From an uncultured Gammaproteobacteria bacterium (lineage in GTDB: Bacteria > Patescibacteriota > Microgenomatia > Levybacterales > UBA12049): a DNA stretch of 64,000 nucleotides. The notes under the pieces are model-generated. The model saw only the letters and a list, made by a program, of their open reading frames with translations, was not told the DNA's origin and searched no databases. Of the stretch, positions 1 to 9,608 are shown one piece after another (within the stretch, counting starts at the first letter, position 1; each line of letters begins with the position of its first letter). The stretch is taken from NCBI GenBank assembly GCA_965230895.1, contig OZ246394.1, forward strand, positions 1,185,887 through 1,249,886. Reading direction: 5' to 3'. The translations under genes and the position numbers were made by a program.

Positions 1-356
1 ATAAAAACAAATGATCCTTGCATTACAGCCAGCGTCGCTCCACCAAATGTTTTACCCAACATAATATGTAATCGCGGAACAGGAGCAACAAGTGTTTCTT
101 TTAAAAAACCAAATTGTTTATCCCAAATAACTTGAATGCCAGCAAAAATTGCGGTAAATAAAATACTCATTGAGATAATTCCCGGACCAAGGAATTGAAA
201 GTAATTTCCCTGCCCTGCTTTTTGAAAGACAGGGCCCAATCCGAAACCTAATGCAAAAAGAAATAGGATTGGTTGTCCGAGAGATCCAATCATTCGAGAA
301 CGAGAACGGAAGTACCGCTTTAATTCTCTCAGCCATAATATATAAATTGCATTCAT
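1..356 (-). CDS. ABC-2 type transporter permease (truncated at window edge)
   Basis: Manual translation from ATG at 356: MNAIYILWLRELKRYFRSRSRMIGSLGQPILF; directly follows ABC ATPase; absent from ORF track because it runs off the window. Confidence 0.9.
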   Translation of the reverse strand, partial: MNAIYILWLRELKRYFRSRSRMIGSLGQPILFLFALGFGLGPVFQKAGQGNYFQFLGPGIISMSILFTAIFAGIQVIWDKQFGFLKETLVAPVPRLHIMLGKTFGGATLAVMQGSFVF

Positions 357-361
357 AATGT

Positions 362-1159
362 TTATCTTGCTCGTATGAAAGGTCTATTACGTAAACGATC
401 AACTGCACTTGCTGATTCTTCACGAATACTATTACCGGTCAATTTAAGAAACGCTTCTTCAAGACTTTTTTTACCAGTTTTCTCTAAGAGTTGTTTGAGT
501 GTGCCTTCAGTGAGGATATGTCCATGATCCATGATTGCAATCCGTTCTGCATACTCTTCTGCTTCTTCAAGATAATGCGTCGTAAAGAAAATTGTTATTC
601 CCTCTTTCTCGCTAAGATTCTTTATGTAGTGCCACATAAGATTTCTTGTTTGTGGATCAAGCCCTTGAGTTGGTTCATCAAGAAAAAATATTTTAGGATG
701 ATGAAGTAAACCTCGAGCAATTTCCAAGCGACGCTTCATACCACCAGAAAACGTTTTTACTAAGCTATCTTTTCTGTCCCACAGTTCGACTAATGTTAAT
801 AAATCCTGAATATCTTTCTTATATTTTTCTTTTTTTATGTTATATAAGACAGCATGAAACTCCATATTTTCATACGCTGTTAACTCATCTTCAAGACTTG
901 GATCCTGGAAGACAATCCCAAACGATTTACGTACTGCATCTTGATTAGTTAATGCATCATGTCCATTAATGAGTATTTCACCTGAGGTTGGTAAAAGTAA
1001 TGTTGTAAGCATTTTGATAGTCGTACTCTTACCAGCGCCATTTGGTCCGAGGAAAGCAAAAATTTGACCTTTTGGAACGGAGAATGATACATCGTTTACG
1101 GCTGTAAAATCTTTAAAGCGTTTCGTAAGATTTTTAACTGAGATTATTTCTTCTGACAT
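362..1159 (-). CDS. ABC transporter ATP-binding protein (DrrA/NodI-like)
   Basis: Walker A GPNGAGKST, signature FSGGMKRR, Walker B FFLDEPT, TTH switch. Confidence 0.95.
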   Translation of the reverse strand: MSEEIISVKNLTKRFKDFTAVNDVSFSVPKGQIFAFLGPNGAGKSTTIKMLTTLLLPTSGEILINGHDALTNQDAVRKSFGIVFQDPSLEDELTAYENMEFHAVLYNIKKEKYKKDIQDLLTLVELWDRKDSLVKTFSGGMKRRLEIARGLLHHPKIFFLDEPTQGLDPQTRNLMWHYIKNLSEKEGITIFFTTHYLEEAEEYAERIAIMDHGHILTEGTLKQLLEKTGKKSLEEAFLKLTGNSIREESASAVDRLRNRPFIRAR

Positions 1160-1219
1160 AGATTAAGTATATACCTTTTACCGTAAGTTTCTTCCCTTAA
1201 TTTTTGCTTAACAAAAATA

Positions 1220-1253
1220 GGATAGGAGAAGCAAATTCTCACCTCTCCTATCC
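1220..1253 (-). terminator. Probable intrinsic terminator
   Basis: GGATAGGAGA...TCTCCTATCC inverted repeat followed by T-rich tract on minus strand, downstream of 1274..1495 gene. Confidence 0.55.
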
Positions 1254-1273
1254 CTTAGTTTCAATGTGTAAGC

Positions 1274-1495
1274 TTAGGGTTGCTGCTTGACGTTTACATC
1301 AACCTTGTCTGGCACATTAACTTGTGTTCCAGCATTCATACCTGCATTAAGGTATGGTAAACCGTAATAAATAAGTGCAAGAACAAAAAGTATTAAAAGA
1401 ATGATTCCAACTAGAAAGCCACTGCCATTTCCATTTGATTCAACTGGCTGCTGTGCTGACTGTTGCGCTGGTGGGTTATTAATGACTGTTGCCAT
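1274..1495 (-). CDS. Small single-pass membrane protein
   Basis: Strong SD AAGGAGGTGA before ATG 1495; one hydrophobic helix. Confidence 0.75.
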   Translation of the reverse strand: MATVINNPPAQQSAQQPVESNGNGSGFLVGIILLILFVLALIYYGLPYLNAGMNAGTQVNVPDKVDVNVKQQP

Positions 1496-1636
1496 AGATA
1501 TCACCTCCTTTAGGTATAGTTATTTTAAATTGTTGAGGTAAGCTAAAAGTGAAATAAATGTAAGAATAAGGCTAGAATAAATAGAAATAGCTTCAAAAAC
1601 CTTTTCTTTTTTGTGTAAGTACGCTAGACTAATTTC

Positions 1637-2185
1637 ATGGCACAATTACAAACAGCGACTTTCGCAAATGGATGCTTTTGGTGTACTGAAGCTGTATTTC
1701 AGCGACTAAAGGGAGTAGCATCAGTACAATCAGGTTATTCAGGTGGAACAACTAAAAATCCATCGTATTATGAAGTGGCTTCTGGAGAAACCGGTCACGC
1801 GGAATCCCTTCAAATCGAATATGACCCTGATATAATCTCCTATGAAACTCTTTTGCATATCTTTTTTGCAACCCATGATCCAACAACATTAAACCGTCAA
1901 GGGAACGACGTAGGGACACAATATCGCTCTGAGATTTTTTATCATAATGATGAACAGAAAGAAGTTGCAGAAAAAGTAAAAAAAGAATTAGATGAATCAG
2001 GTGCGTATAAAGAGCCTATTGTTACAGCTATTTCAGGATATTCTTCTTTCTTTCCTGCAGAAGATGAACATAAAAATTATTATGAGAATAACCCTAATGC
2101 GCCATATTGTAGAATAATTATTGATCCGAAAATCCATAAGTTATTAGAGAAATATTCAAAAGAGGTTAAGGAGGAATATAAGTAA
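1637..2185 (+). CDS. msrA: Peptide-methionine (S)-S-oxide reductase
   Basis: GCFWC active site, HDPT..RQGNDVGTQYRS motif. Confidence 0.97.
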   Translation: MAQLQTATFANGCFWCTEAVFQRLKGVASVQSGYSGGTTKNPSYYEVASGETGHAESLQIEYDPDIISYETLLHIFFATHDPTTLNRQGNDVGTQYRSEIFYHNDEQKEVAEKVKKELDESGAYKEPIVTAISGYSSFFPAEDEHKNYYENNPNAPYCRIIIDPKIHKLLEKYSKEVKEEYK

Positions 2186-2187
2186 TA

Positions 2188-2640
2188 TTATTTTCTTCTT
2201 GGAGCTCGAAAAACTTCTCTTGGAACAGTAATCGGATTTACAACCCATGGACCCTCGGGTGATCGTGTAATAAGGCCAGTATAGACATTCCCTCTAAACC
2301 CAGCACCCCTTGCGATCCCTTCTACTATCCGAGTTGCTATTGCTAACTGTTCTTCTTTTGCTTCATTACTGACAGGGTTTCCAGCACATTCTTCATGACC
2401 AAAAATACCTATTCCAGAAGAATCATGCAATTGTGTCGATATTAATAATTTCTTTCTAATCTGTACAAGGTTATTCCTCTGACCATCAACACCAGCAACA
2501 ATATAGCCTTCAATACCGGGTTCTGTAATCGTATCGATATAGTCAGCTCCAGTTTTATCTCGGAGGAAATCTGCTGCCGGAACTTGTGTGCGTCCGTCCA
2601 TACAATTAAACGCAGTTGAAAAAGTTTCTTTTGTGCTCAT
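2188..2640 (-). CDS. Beta-carbonic anhydrase-like protein
   Basis: CMDGR and HEEC-G zinc-ligand motifs. Confidence 0.7.
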   Translation of the reverse strand: MSTKETFSTAFNCMDGRTQVPAADFLRDKTGADYIDTITEPGIEGYIVAGVDGQRNNLVQIRKKLLISTQLHDSSGIGIFGHEECAGNPVSNEAKEEQLAIATRIVEGIARGAGFRGNVYTGLITRSPEGPWVVNPITVPREVFRAPRRK

Positions 2641-2681
2641 GACAAGAGCTCATTATAATAGTTTAGCCTGAGAAGTCAATA

Positions 2682-3539
2682 CTATGAGGATAAATTAATC
2701 CTATTATTTTCAATAACAATAAACCCCTCTTTCTTCATTTCAGAAATAATACTATTAATAAGTGCATTATCCTCTTCTGAAAAATCTTCCTTAAGGAGGG
2801 CCCCTATATCTTGCAACGGAATTTCTCTCTTCTTTATAAGAAGTTTTACGATTTTCCCTCTGTAGTACCTCCGCGAACCTTTAAATGTTGATTGTTTGGG
2901 AATATCTATTTTTTCTTTTTTTAACATCAAACTACTGTAGTCCATCAATGCCTGATTCCAATCATAAGCCCTCCCTTGCGGAACGAGAGTCTCTGCTATC
3001 GCAGCAATTTCTTTGTCACTAACCTTATCTATTTTTGATTTCGTTGCATCTGCTAAATGAATCATTCTTTGATTCTTCAATAATTGGGTTAAAATAACTT
3101 TTTTAACATTAATATCCACAACAGCTACTTGTTGATCAAAAGCAAAACACATGATAGCCCGTGCCGTGTATTGCCCAATCCCTGGAAGAGATAATAATTC
3201 TTTTTCATCGTTAGGAAAAATTCCATTAAATCGATCAACAACTACTTGTGCAGTTTTCTTCAGATTTAATGCGCGCCGATTATAACCAAGCCCTGACCAA
3301 TGTTTTAAGACGTCTGAAACAGGCGCCTTTGCCAAATCTTGAATTGTTGGAAATGCTTCAAACCATGCTTCATATTTTGGAATAACCCGATTCACTTGTG
3401 TTTGTTGCAACATAATTTCAGAAACAAGAATTCGGTACGGGTCACGAGTTTTTCTCCATGGCAAATCCCGTTGATTTGCAGTGTACCATGTAAGAATCTT
3501 CTCTTGAAATGTTTTGATTTGAGGATTAGAAAGTTTCAA
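2682..3539 (-). CDS. mutY: A/G-specific adenine glycosylase, MutY-like (no Fe-S motif)
   Basis: RDLPWR, VSEIMLQQTQV, WSGLGYNRRA, HhH LPGIGQYTA; likely TTG start at 3539 just after trpS stop. Confidence 0.85.
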   Translation of the reverse strand: MKLSNPQIKTFQEKILTWYTANQRDLPWRKTRDPYRILVSEIMLQQTQVNRVIPKYEAWFEAFPTIQDLAKAPVSDVLKHWSGLGYNRRALNLKKTAQVVVDRFNGIFPNDEKELLSLPGIGQYTARAIMCFAFDQQVAVVDINVKKVILTQLLKNQRMIHLADATKSKIDKVSDKEIAAIAETLVPQGRAYDWNQALMDYSSLMLKKEKIDIPKQSTFKGSRRYYRGKIVKLLIKKREIPLQDIGALLKEDFSEEDNALINSIISEMKKEGFIVIENNRINLSS

Positions 3540-3540
3540 T

Positions 3541-4527
3541 TTATAAAAGTCCCATTTTATCTCGAACTTCACGAACCGTTGCTTGTGCGATTGATTTTGC
3601 CTTTTCATTACCTTCCTGAATAATTCGATCAACCTCGTGAGGATTCTCTTCAAAATATTTTCGCTTTTCTTGGAATGGTTGTAAGTCTTTATAAATAGTT
3701 TCTGCTAATTCTTGTTTCATTTCGCCATATCGAATTCTTTTCTCACGATAATCTTCTACATATTTAATAAAGCGATCCTTTTCTGCAAATAATTTGAAAA
3801 TTGTAAATAAACTTCCTACACCACCTTCAGTCGGAATTGCACCACCATTGGTTCCACTATCTGTTGGTATCTTTGCAACTTTTTTCTTAATGATTTCTAA
3901 ATCATCAACTAAGTTTATATAACTTCCTTCTATTGATTTGCCCATTTTCCCTTCTCCCAAAAGTGATGGAACATACTCACCTTCTGTTTTAAAACGCTTT
4001 GGCTCTGGGAAATCCGTGCCATATTCCTGATTCATTTTTCTTGCAATTTCACGAGTCACTTCTATATGCGGTTCTTGATCAATTCCTACGGGAACACTAT
4101 CAGCTTTATAAATAAGGATGTCTGCAGCCATCAGAATTGGATAATTAAGAAGTGCCATTGTTGCTGAGTCAGGATGCTGTTTTACTTTATCCTTAAAAGT
4201 TGGCAAATGCTGCATCCGAGCGATTGTCTGTACACTAGAGAAATAAAATGCTAATTCAGCATGCGGACTTTCTGATTGTTGAAATAAGGTACTTTTTTCT
4301 GGATCAAGTCCTGCAGCAAGATAATCCATAATTATCTCTCTTCGATCTTTACGTAATTCTTCAACATTGTACGGAGTTGTTAATGCATGGAGATCTGCCA
4401 CCATGTATAGTGTCTCGTAATCTGGATCCTCTTGAAGAGCAAGCATTCCTTTTATCGCACCCAAATAGTTACCTAAATGAAGGCGTCCAGTAGCACGAAT
4501 TCCTGATAAAACACGTTTCTTATTCAT
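3541..4527 (-). CDS. trpS: Tryptophan--tRNA ligase
   Basis: HLGNY (HIGH), KMGKS (KMSKS), YPILMAADIL, VPVGIDQ; start trimmed to MNKKRV. Confidence 0.97.
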   Translation of the reverse strand: MNKKRVLSGIRATGRLHLGNYLGAIKGMLALQEDPDYETLYMVADLHALTTPYNVEELRKDRREIIMDYLAAGLDPEKSTLFQQSESPHAELAFYFSSVQTIARMQHLPTFKDKVKQHPDSATMALLNYPILMAADILIYKADSVPVGIDQEPHIEVTREIARKMNQEYGTDFPEPKRFKTEGEYVPSLLGEGKMGKSIEGSYINLVDDLEIIKKKVAKIPTDSGTNGGAIPTEGGVGSLFTIFKLFAEKDRFIKYVEDYREKRIRYGEMKQELAETIYKDLQPFQEKRKYFEENPHEVDRIIQEGNEKAKSIAQATVREVRDKMGLL

Positions 4528-4591
4528 GAGAGTATTGTACCATGTTTGACTCTTCAAAGCATACATACGCATAATCTTGTATAATGCATTT

Positions 4592-5578
4592 ATGCATAAT
4601 TGTAATTTACCAGAAAAATTTCTTGAACGAATAGGAATGCTTTATTCTGAAAAAGATCTGCCAAATGTTCTTAAAGCATTTGAAGAGCGGCCGATCCCAT
4701 CATTTCGTGTTAATACATTACGCGCTAAAACAACTGACGTCAAGCAAAAACTTGAAGCTCAGGGATTTGATCTTGAACAAGTACGTTGGTACGGAGACGC
4801 GTTTTTACTCAGAAATAAATCCGTACGAGAGTTAACCGAGTCAGATGTATATACAGCAGGAAATATTTATATCCAAAATCTTTCAAGTATGATTCCAGCA
4901 CTTGCACTTGATCCAAAGCCTGATGAAAGGATTCTTGATATTGCTGCCGCACCTGGAAGTAAAACGACACAAATTGCAGATCTTATGCAGAACAATGGAG
5001 AGATTGTTGCAAATGACCTGAGCCGAAAAAGAATTTTTAAGCTCAAAGATAATCTTGAACAATATGGAGTAACAAATACAAAAATTGAAAACCATGCAGG
5101 TGAAACATTTTGGAAACGTTACCCTGAAGTATTCAAGAAGACTCTAGTCGATGTTCCTTGCAGTATGGAAGGAAGAATTTTGTGTAGTGATCCAAAATCA
5201 TATCAAGATTGGTCACCAAAGAAGATTAAACAGCTTGCACTTTTACAAAAATATTTGCTCCGCTCAGCAATTTCGGCAACTGATGTTGGAGGAACAATCA
5301 TTTATTCCACTTGTACATTGTCTCCCGAAGAAAATGAAGATGTTATTGAATGGGTCATCAAAAGAGTTAATGGTAATACTACCAATGCTGTCAGTGTAGA
5401 AAAAATAGAAATTCCAAATATATCACTTACTCCAGCATTAGACTCTTGGAAGAAGCGAACGTTTGAGCATGCAAAACATACATCAAGAGTAACTCCAAGC
5501 GCTACCATGGAAGGATTCTTTATCGCGAAAATTAAAAAGCACAAATCTACTGTTCCAGGCATGGAAATCTTCCATTAA
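4592..5578 (+). CDS. RsmB/RsmF/NOL1-NOP2 family rRNA m5C methyltransferase
   Basis: AAAPGSKT, DVPCS and YSTCT motifs. Confidence 0.93.
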   Translation: MHNCNLPEKFLERIGMLYSEKDLPNVLKAFEERPIPSFRVNTLRAKTTDVKQKLEAQGFDLEQVRWYGDAFLLRNKSVRELTESDVYTAGNIYIQNLSSMIPALALDPKPDERILDIAAAPGSKTTQIADLMQNNGEIVANDLSRKRIFKLKDNLEQYGVTNTKIENHAGETFWKRYPEVFKKTLVDVPCSMEGRILCSDPKSYQDWSPKKIKQLALLQKYLLRSAISATDVGGTIIYSTCTLSPEENEDVIEWVIKRVNGNTTNAVSVEKIEIPNISLTPALDSWKKRTFEHAKHTSRVTPSATMEGFFIAKIKKHKSTVPGMEIFH

Positions 5579-5628
5579 TCCTTAAATTTTTGTGGCTTTT
5601 TAAACTTCTGTGGTATAGAATAGGATTG

Positions 5629-6576
5629 ATGAAGAGAGTTATTTGGGCTATCGTTTTTATCGGTCTTCTTGCTTTGGGCTATGTAAATCGTACCGCAATA
5701 GTTGCAACAGCGGAAGCAATTGTTTCGCAATCTCCATGCGCTGTCCCACGAACATATAGTATTGGAGAAGTTGATCCACGTTTTAAAATTTCAAAAGAAA
5801 ACTTTTTAGCTGCAACGCAAGAAGCTGCAGGAGTTTGGAAGAATGCTGACGAAGAACCTCTGTTTAAGTATGATCCAGAATCTAAGCTTACAATAAGTTT
5901 AACGTATGACGAACGACAATTTCTTAATTCACAGATTAACGATCTCAATACGCAAGTCGATGAACAGAAAGACACACTTAAGCCAGAAATTGCTGAATAT
6001 GAGACACGGGCAAGCCAATTTAAGCAAAGAAATGCAGCTTTAAATAATCGGATTTCTTATTGGAATGATCAAGGCGGCGCACCAGAAGATGAGTACAATA
6101 AACTTCTTCAAGAACAACGATCACTACAACAAGAAGCAAAAGAACTGCAATCAATGGCGGAAACACTTAATCAATCTACAGATCAATATAATACACAGAT
6201 TCAAGAGTTAGACCAAAAAGTTGATGCATATAATCACACGCTTGAACAGAAGCCGGAAGAGGGAATTTATATCCGAGAAGGTCGTGATGAGAGAATCATT
6301 ATTTACTTCAATAACTCACGTCAGGAATTGATTCATACGCTCGCGCATGAAATGGGCCATGCACTTGGGATGCCGCACGTTGATACGACAGAATCTATCA
6401 TGTATCCCAAGACTACTGAAGTTATTGATCCCTCACCTGAGGATATAACGGCGTTAGCAGAAGTGTGCCGAAAAAGAAGCATTGTCGAAACAATGGGAAA
6501 AAATTTATCACTTTTAGCTGGAGATATACAGGACTTTGCGACAACCACGATAACTAAACTTCAATCAACTAATTAA
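5629..6576 (+). CDS. Matrixin-like (M10) zinc metalloprotease with coiled-coil insert
   Basis: HEMGHALGMPH and Met-turn SIMYP; N-terminal membrane anchor. Confidence 0.85.
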   Translation: MKRVIWAIVFIGLLALGYVNRTAIVATAEAIVSQSPCAVPRTYSIGEVDPRFKISKENFLAATQEAAGVWKNADEEPLFKYDPESKLTISLTYDERQFLNSQINDLNTQVDEQKDTLKPEIAEYETRASQFKQRNAALNNRISYWNDQGGAPEDEYNKLLQEQRSLQQEAKELQSMAETLNQSTDQYNTQIQELDQKVDAYNHTLEQKPEEGIYIREGRDERIIIYFNNSRQELIHTLAHEMGHALGMPHVDTTESIMYPKTTEVIDPSPEDITALAEVCRKRSIVETMGKNLSLLAGDIQDFATTTITKLQSTN

Positions 6577-6787
6577 CTATTGAGGCCTTATAGCCAGTCT
6601 TATTAATTACTTTGAGTATTTCTTCAGTCTTTATCTTTTGTGGGTCAAAAGTGACAGAGGTCCTTTCTTTTGCATAGTTCGTTCTAGATTCTTTAATGCC
6701 TTCAGTATCTTCAAGCATTCCATCGATATTAATAACGCAGCTAGCGCAATCTAAATCTTCAACTTTAAAAGTAACAGTTTTTATCAT
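6569..6787 (-). CDS. Heavy-metal-associated (CopZ-like) protein
   Basis: LDCASC metal motif, 72 aa. Confidence 0.9.
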   Translation of the reverse strand: MIKTVTFKVEDLDCASCVINIDGMLEDTEGIKESRTNYAKERTSVTFDPQKIKTEEILKVINKTGYKASIVN

Positions 6788-7812
6788 TAAATAACGTTAA
6801 TTGTACCTCTATACATTCCCATACTACACATAAATGAAATTTGTCCTGTTTTTTGAGGAGCTGTAAATGTTACGGTTTGAGAAGTACCCATTGGTACAAT
6901 TTTTTCTACTCCAAGTTCAGGAATTGTAAATGCTTGTGCACAATTATTGCTATCTTGATTCTCAAGATGGATCGTGACAGCAGCTCCTGCATTTACAGAG
7001 AAGTTATGTGGCGTGTACCCTGCTGAACTAATAACAATATTTGTATCATTGGTAGGCGCAGGGATATTTCTCTCACTTGTGCAAAAGCTTAATGTACACC
7101 AAACGTTCTTTGCCATCCCATCTATCGTATAATTACTTCCAGTCAAGGCAATTGCATTATTAAAATTGAATAAAGCAAATGATAAGAGAATAACTGCAGC
7201 GAATTTTGTAATCAATTCCGTTGTCGAAGATGTTACCTTACTTGTAAAGTAGCCAAGCAAAAAGAATATAGGAGATGTTCCTAAAACAAAAGCAAAAAGA
7301 ATAAGTGCTCCTGTAAGTGGATTACCTGATCCAATACTCAGAGCCATCATGGCCTGTGTTGCACCACATGGAATAAATACTGTAAAAGCTCCAATAATAG
7401 CTGGCGCAAAAATATTTTTACTTTTTGTTTCCTTACGAATTAACTTCGTTAAAAAATATGGGGGTTGAATTACAAAATAACGAAATATCGGATGAACCTT
7501 TAAAAGATTCAGTGCTGTACCTAACATAAATATCGCTACAACTACCTGAAGAGCAATTTGTAAATTTAAACTGAATTGAAGTGTGGATCCAAGCCAACCA
7601 AGAAGAAATCCAAGAATTGTATATGCAGTAAGCTTCGACAGAAGAAACCAGAGTATTGGTTGCATTGTACCGCTCACAGCTTTCTCTGTAAGATGTGATT
7701 CATGTCGCTGTGCAATAGTAGCAGCAAGGAGGCCGCCCTGAACGGCCATACACGAGAGTCCTCCAGCAAGTAGTCCTGTTAAAAAAATTCCAATTAATTG
7801 TCCAGTCTCCAT
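6787..7812 (-). CDS. DsbD_2/TauE-like membrane protein with C-terminal cupredoxin domain
   Basis: SCMAVQGG and FIPCG membrane Cys motifs; C-terminal CSMGM cupredoxin motif. Confidence 0.85.
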   Translation of the reverse strand: METGQLIGIFLTGLLAGGLSCMAVQGGLLAATIAQRHESHLTEKAVSGTMQPILWFLLSKLTAYTILGFLLGWLGSTLQFSLNLQIALQVVVAIFMLGTALNLLKVHPIFRYFVIQPPYFLTKLIRKETKSKNIFAPAIIGAFTVFIPCGATQAMMALSIGSGNPLTGALILFAFVLGTSPIFFLLGYFTSKVTSSTTELITKFAAVILLSFALFNFNNAIALTGSNYTIDGMAKNVWCTLSFCTSERNIPAPTNDTNIVISSAGYTPHNFSVNAGAAVTIHLENQDSNNCAQAFTIPELGVEKIVPMGTSQTVTFTAPQKTGQISFMCSMGMYRGTINVI

Positions 7813-7983
7813 GGCAGATATACATTATAATACATTTCTTTCTTTCAGAGCAAAATTCGTGTTCAGTTACATTTTCTCTTACCTATTTCTAGATTATTTC
7901 TAATATAGTATTTAACTGAGAAGCGTATCCTAATCTTGTTTCGCTTACATGTACATTACTACTGCGCCATGAAGGAGGGTAAC

Positions 7984-8577
7984 ATGGATAAAGGTAGAAT
8001 AGCAACTGGAGATTGGAAGACTTTCCTTACGTTAAAGGACGAAAGTCTGTTGCTTGTTATTCGGAAACATCCATATGTTGTTGTCTTTCCTATCTTATTT
8101 TTACTCCTTATAACTGTTTTTTGTATCGGTAGTGCGTATCTTTTATTTGAGAGAGTCCTTTCCTCATTACCACTTTTTATAACCTCAAGCTTTTTACTGA
8201 TAAGTTTATCGTTTGGAATTCTTGCAAAACTCATTATTGACTGGTATTTCCATATTTATCTTCTAACAAATAGAAAAATTCTGGAATTTCGATATACTCC
8301 TCTCACCTCATATGTCGTAAATGATGTAATGTTAGACAGAGTTTTTTGTACAGAAATTGACTTCCAAACAAATGGCTTTATAGAAGATCTTATTGATCTT
8401 GGAGATATCATCATTACGTTTGATAGACCGACACATCAAGAAGAATTTATTATGAAAGATATTCGAGAATGTCATGAGGTTGGAAACTTTTTAACACAGC
8501 AACTCCTTGATGGTAGCCAAAAGAATGAGCCAATTGTTCCGATTTGGTTCCAGGGACATAGTTGGGGAAAAAGGTAA
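7984..8577 (+). CDS. Membrane protein with bacterial PH-like domain
   Basis: RKHP motif, 2 TM, YLLTNRKI, G-D-I-I-I-T pattern; SD AGGAGG before ATG 7984. Confidence 0.7.
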   Translation: MDKGRIATGDWKTFLTLKDESLLLVIRKHPYVVVFPILFLLLITVFCIGSAYLLFERVLSSLPLFITSSFLLISLSFGILAKLIIDWYFHIYLLTNRKILEFRYTPLTSYVVNDVMLDRVFCTEIDFQTNGFIEDLIDLGDIIITFDRPTHQEEFIMKDIRECHEVGNFLTQQLLDGSQKNEPIVPIWFQGHSWGKR

Positions 8578-8585
8578 GGAGGTTT

Positions 8586-8804
8586 ATGGAGATACTGAAA
8601 ATTATTATTTTTTCTTGCTATGTATTTCTTATTGGAGTCATCGTATTTTTTAATTGGCTATATTCTGTAAGGACAATTCGTGCTAACAAAAAGATCGGAT
8701 TATATGTCCCACAATATATTAAGCTCATTATTCGTATTAGCAATGTCTTTGCTTTAATAACGATTGCTCTTATCGGTTTTTTCCTCATGACTAAAAACTT
8801 CTAA
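8586..8804 (+). CDS. Small 2-TM membrane protein
   Basis: SD AAGGAGG before ATG 8586; two hydrophobic helices. Confidence 0.7.
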   Translation: MEILKIIIFSCYVFLIGVIVFFNWLYSVRTIRANKKIGLYVPQYIKLIIRISNVFALITIALIGFFLMTKNF

Positions 8805-8869
8805 ACTAATCGGCATTGGAGCAAAGTTAGTAACTATTGCTCGAAACTTTAAAATGATATACTTAAAAA

Positions 8870-9604
8870 ATGAACAAAAAGAAAAGCTTTTATCTTTATT
8901 GCTTCTCACCGTTAGTTATGCTCACTACTTTCTTAATTGAGATCTGTGCAGCCTTGTATACACTTTTCCGCTATAAATTGGACAGAATAGCTCAACTGAT
9001 TATTGCGATGCTTGGATTCCTTTCACTTTTCCAGCTTGCTGAATATATGGTTTGCGAAGGTGCATTTATGCTTTCGAGTCTTGATTGGGCTAGACTCGGA
9101 TATGCTTCAATCACGATTCTTCCCCCACTAGGAATACACATGGGTCTTCAAATTGCAAAGAAGAAGAATAGCGCACTGCTAGCAGCTGCTTATGGAAGCG
9201 CAGCAATTTTTGCTACATTTTTCTTATTTGTAGGACATGGTATGCAATCACAACAATGTCTTGGGAACTACGTCATCTTCAGTATTGCACCCTATGCAGC
9301 AATTCCATACGGAATATATTATTACGGATGGCTTGTAACAGGAGTCCTCTTGGCTTGGCATGGACGAACTCGTATTGCAAACGGGAATCATAAGAAAGCG
9401 CTTGCTTGGCTCGTTTTTGGTTACCTTTCATTCATGGTTCCAACGACTGTTGCAAATATGATTAACCCAGCGACAATTGCAGCAATACCAAGTATTATGT
9501 GCGGATTTGCGATAATAATGGCTTTGACATTATTATTTAAAGTTTCACCTCTTGTTCTTGAAGAGAAGGATAAAGCTCAAAAAGCCTCACTCTCTACGAA
9601 GTAA
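8870..9604 (+). CDS. Polytopic (~7 TM) membrane protein, unknown function
   Basis: Hydrophobic 244-aa ORF with leaderless -10 box TATACT-N6-ATG. Confidence 0.75.
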   Translation: MNKKKSFYLYCFSPLVMLTTFLIEICAALYTLFRYKLDRIAQLIIAMLGFLSLFQLAEYMVCEGAFMLSSLDWARLGYASITILPPLGIHMGLQIAKKKNSALLAAAYGSAAIFATFFLFVGHGMQSQQCLGNYVIFSIAPYAAIPYGIYYYGWLVTGVLLAWHGRTRIANGNHKKALAWLVFGYLSFMVPTTVANMINPATIAAIPSIMCGFAIIMALTLLFKVSPLVLEEKDKAQKASLSTK

Positions 9605-9608
9605 TATT

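Noticed and set aside
118-423. 101-aa minus-strand ORF in track
   Set aside because: Wrong frame; the real gene is the ABC permease starting at 356
1541-1590. TATTTCTA/TATTCTAG/TATTCTTAC-like repeats, similar to 7868-7905
   Set aside because: Irregular spacing and AT-rich; cannot be distinguished from chance without a motif search
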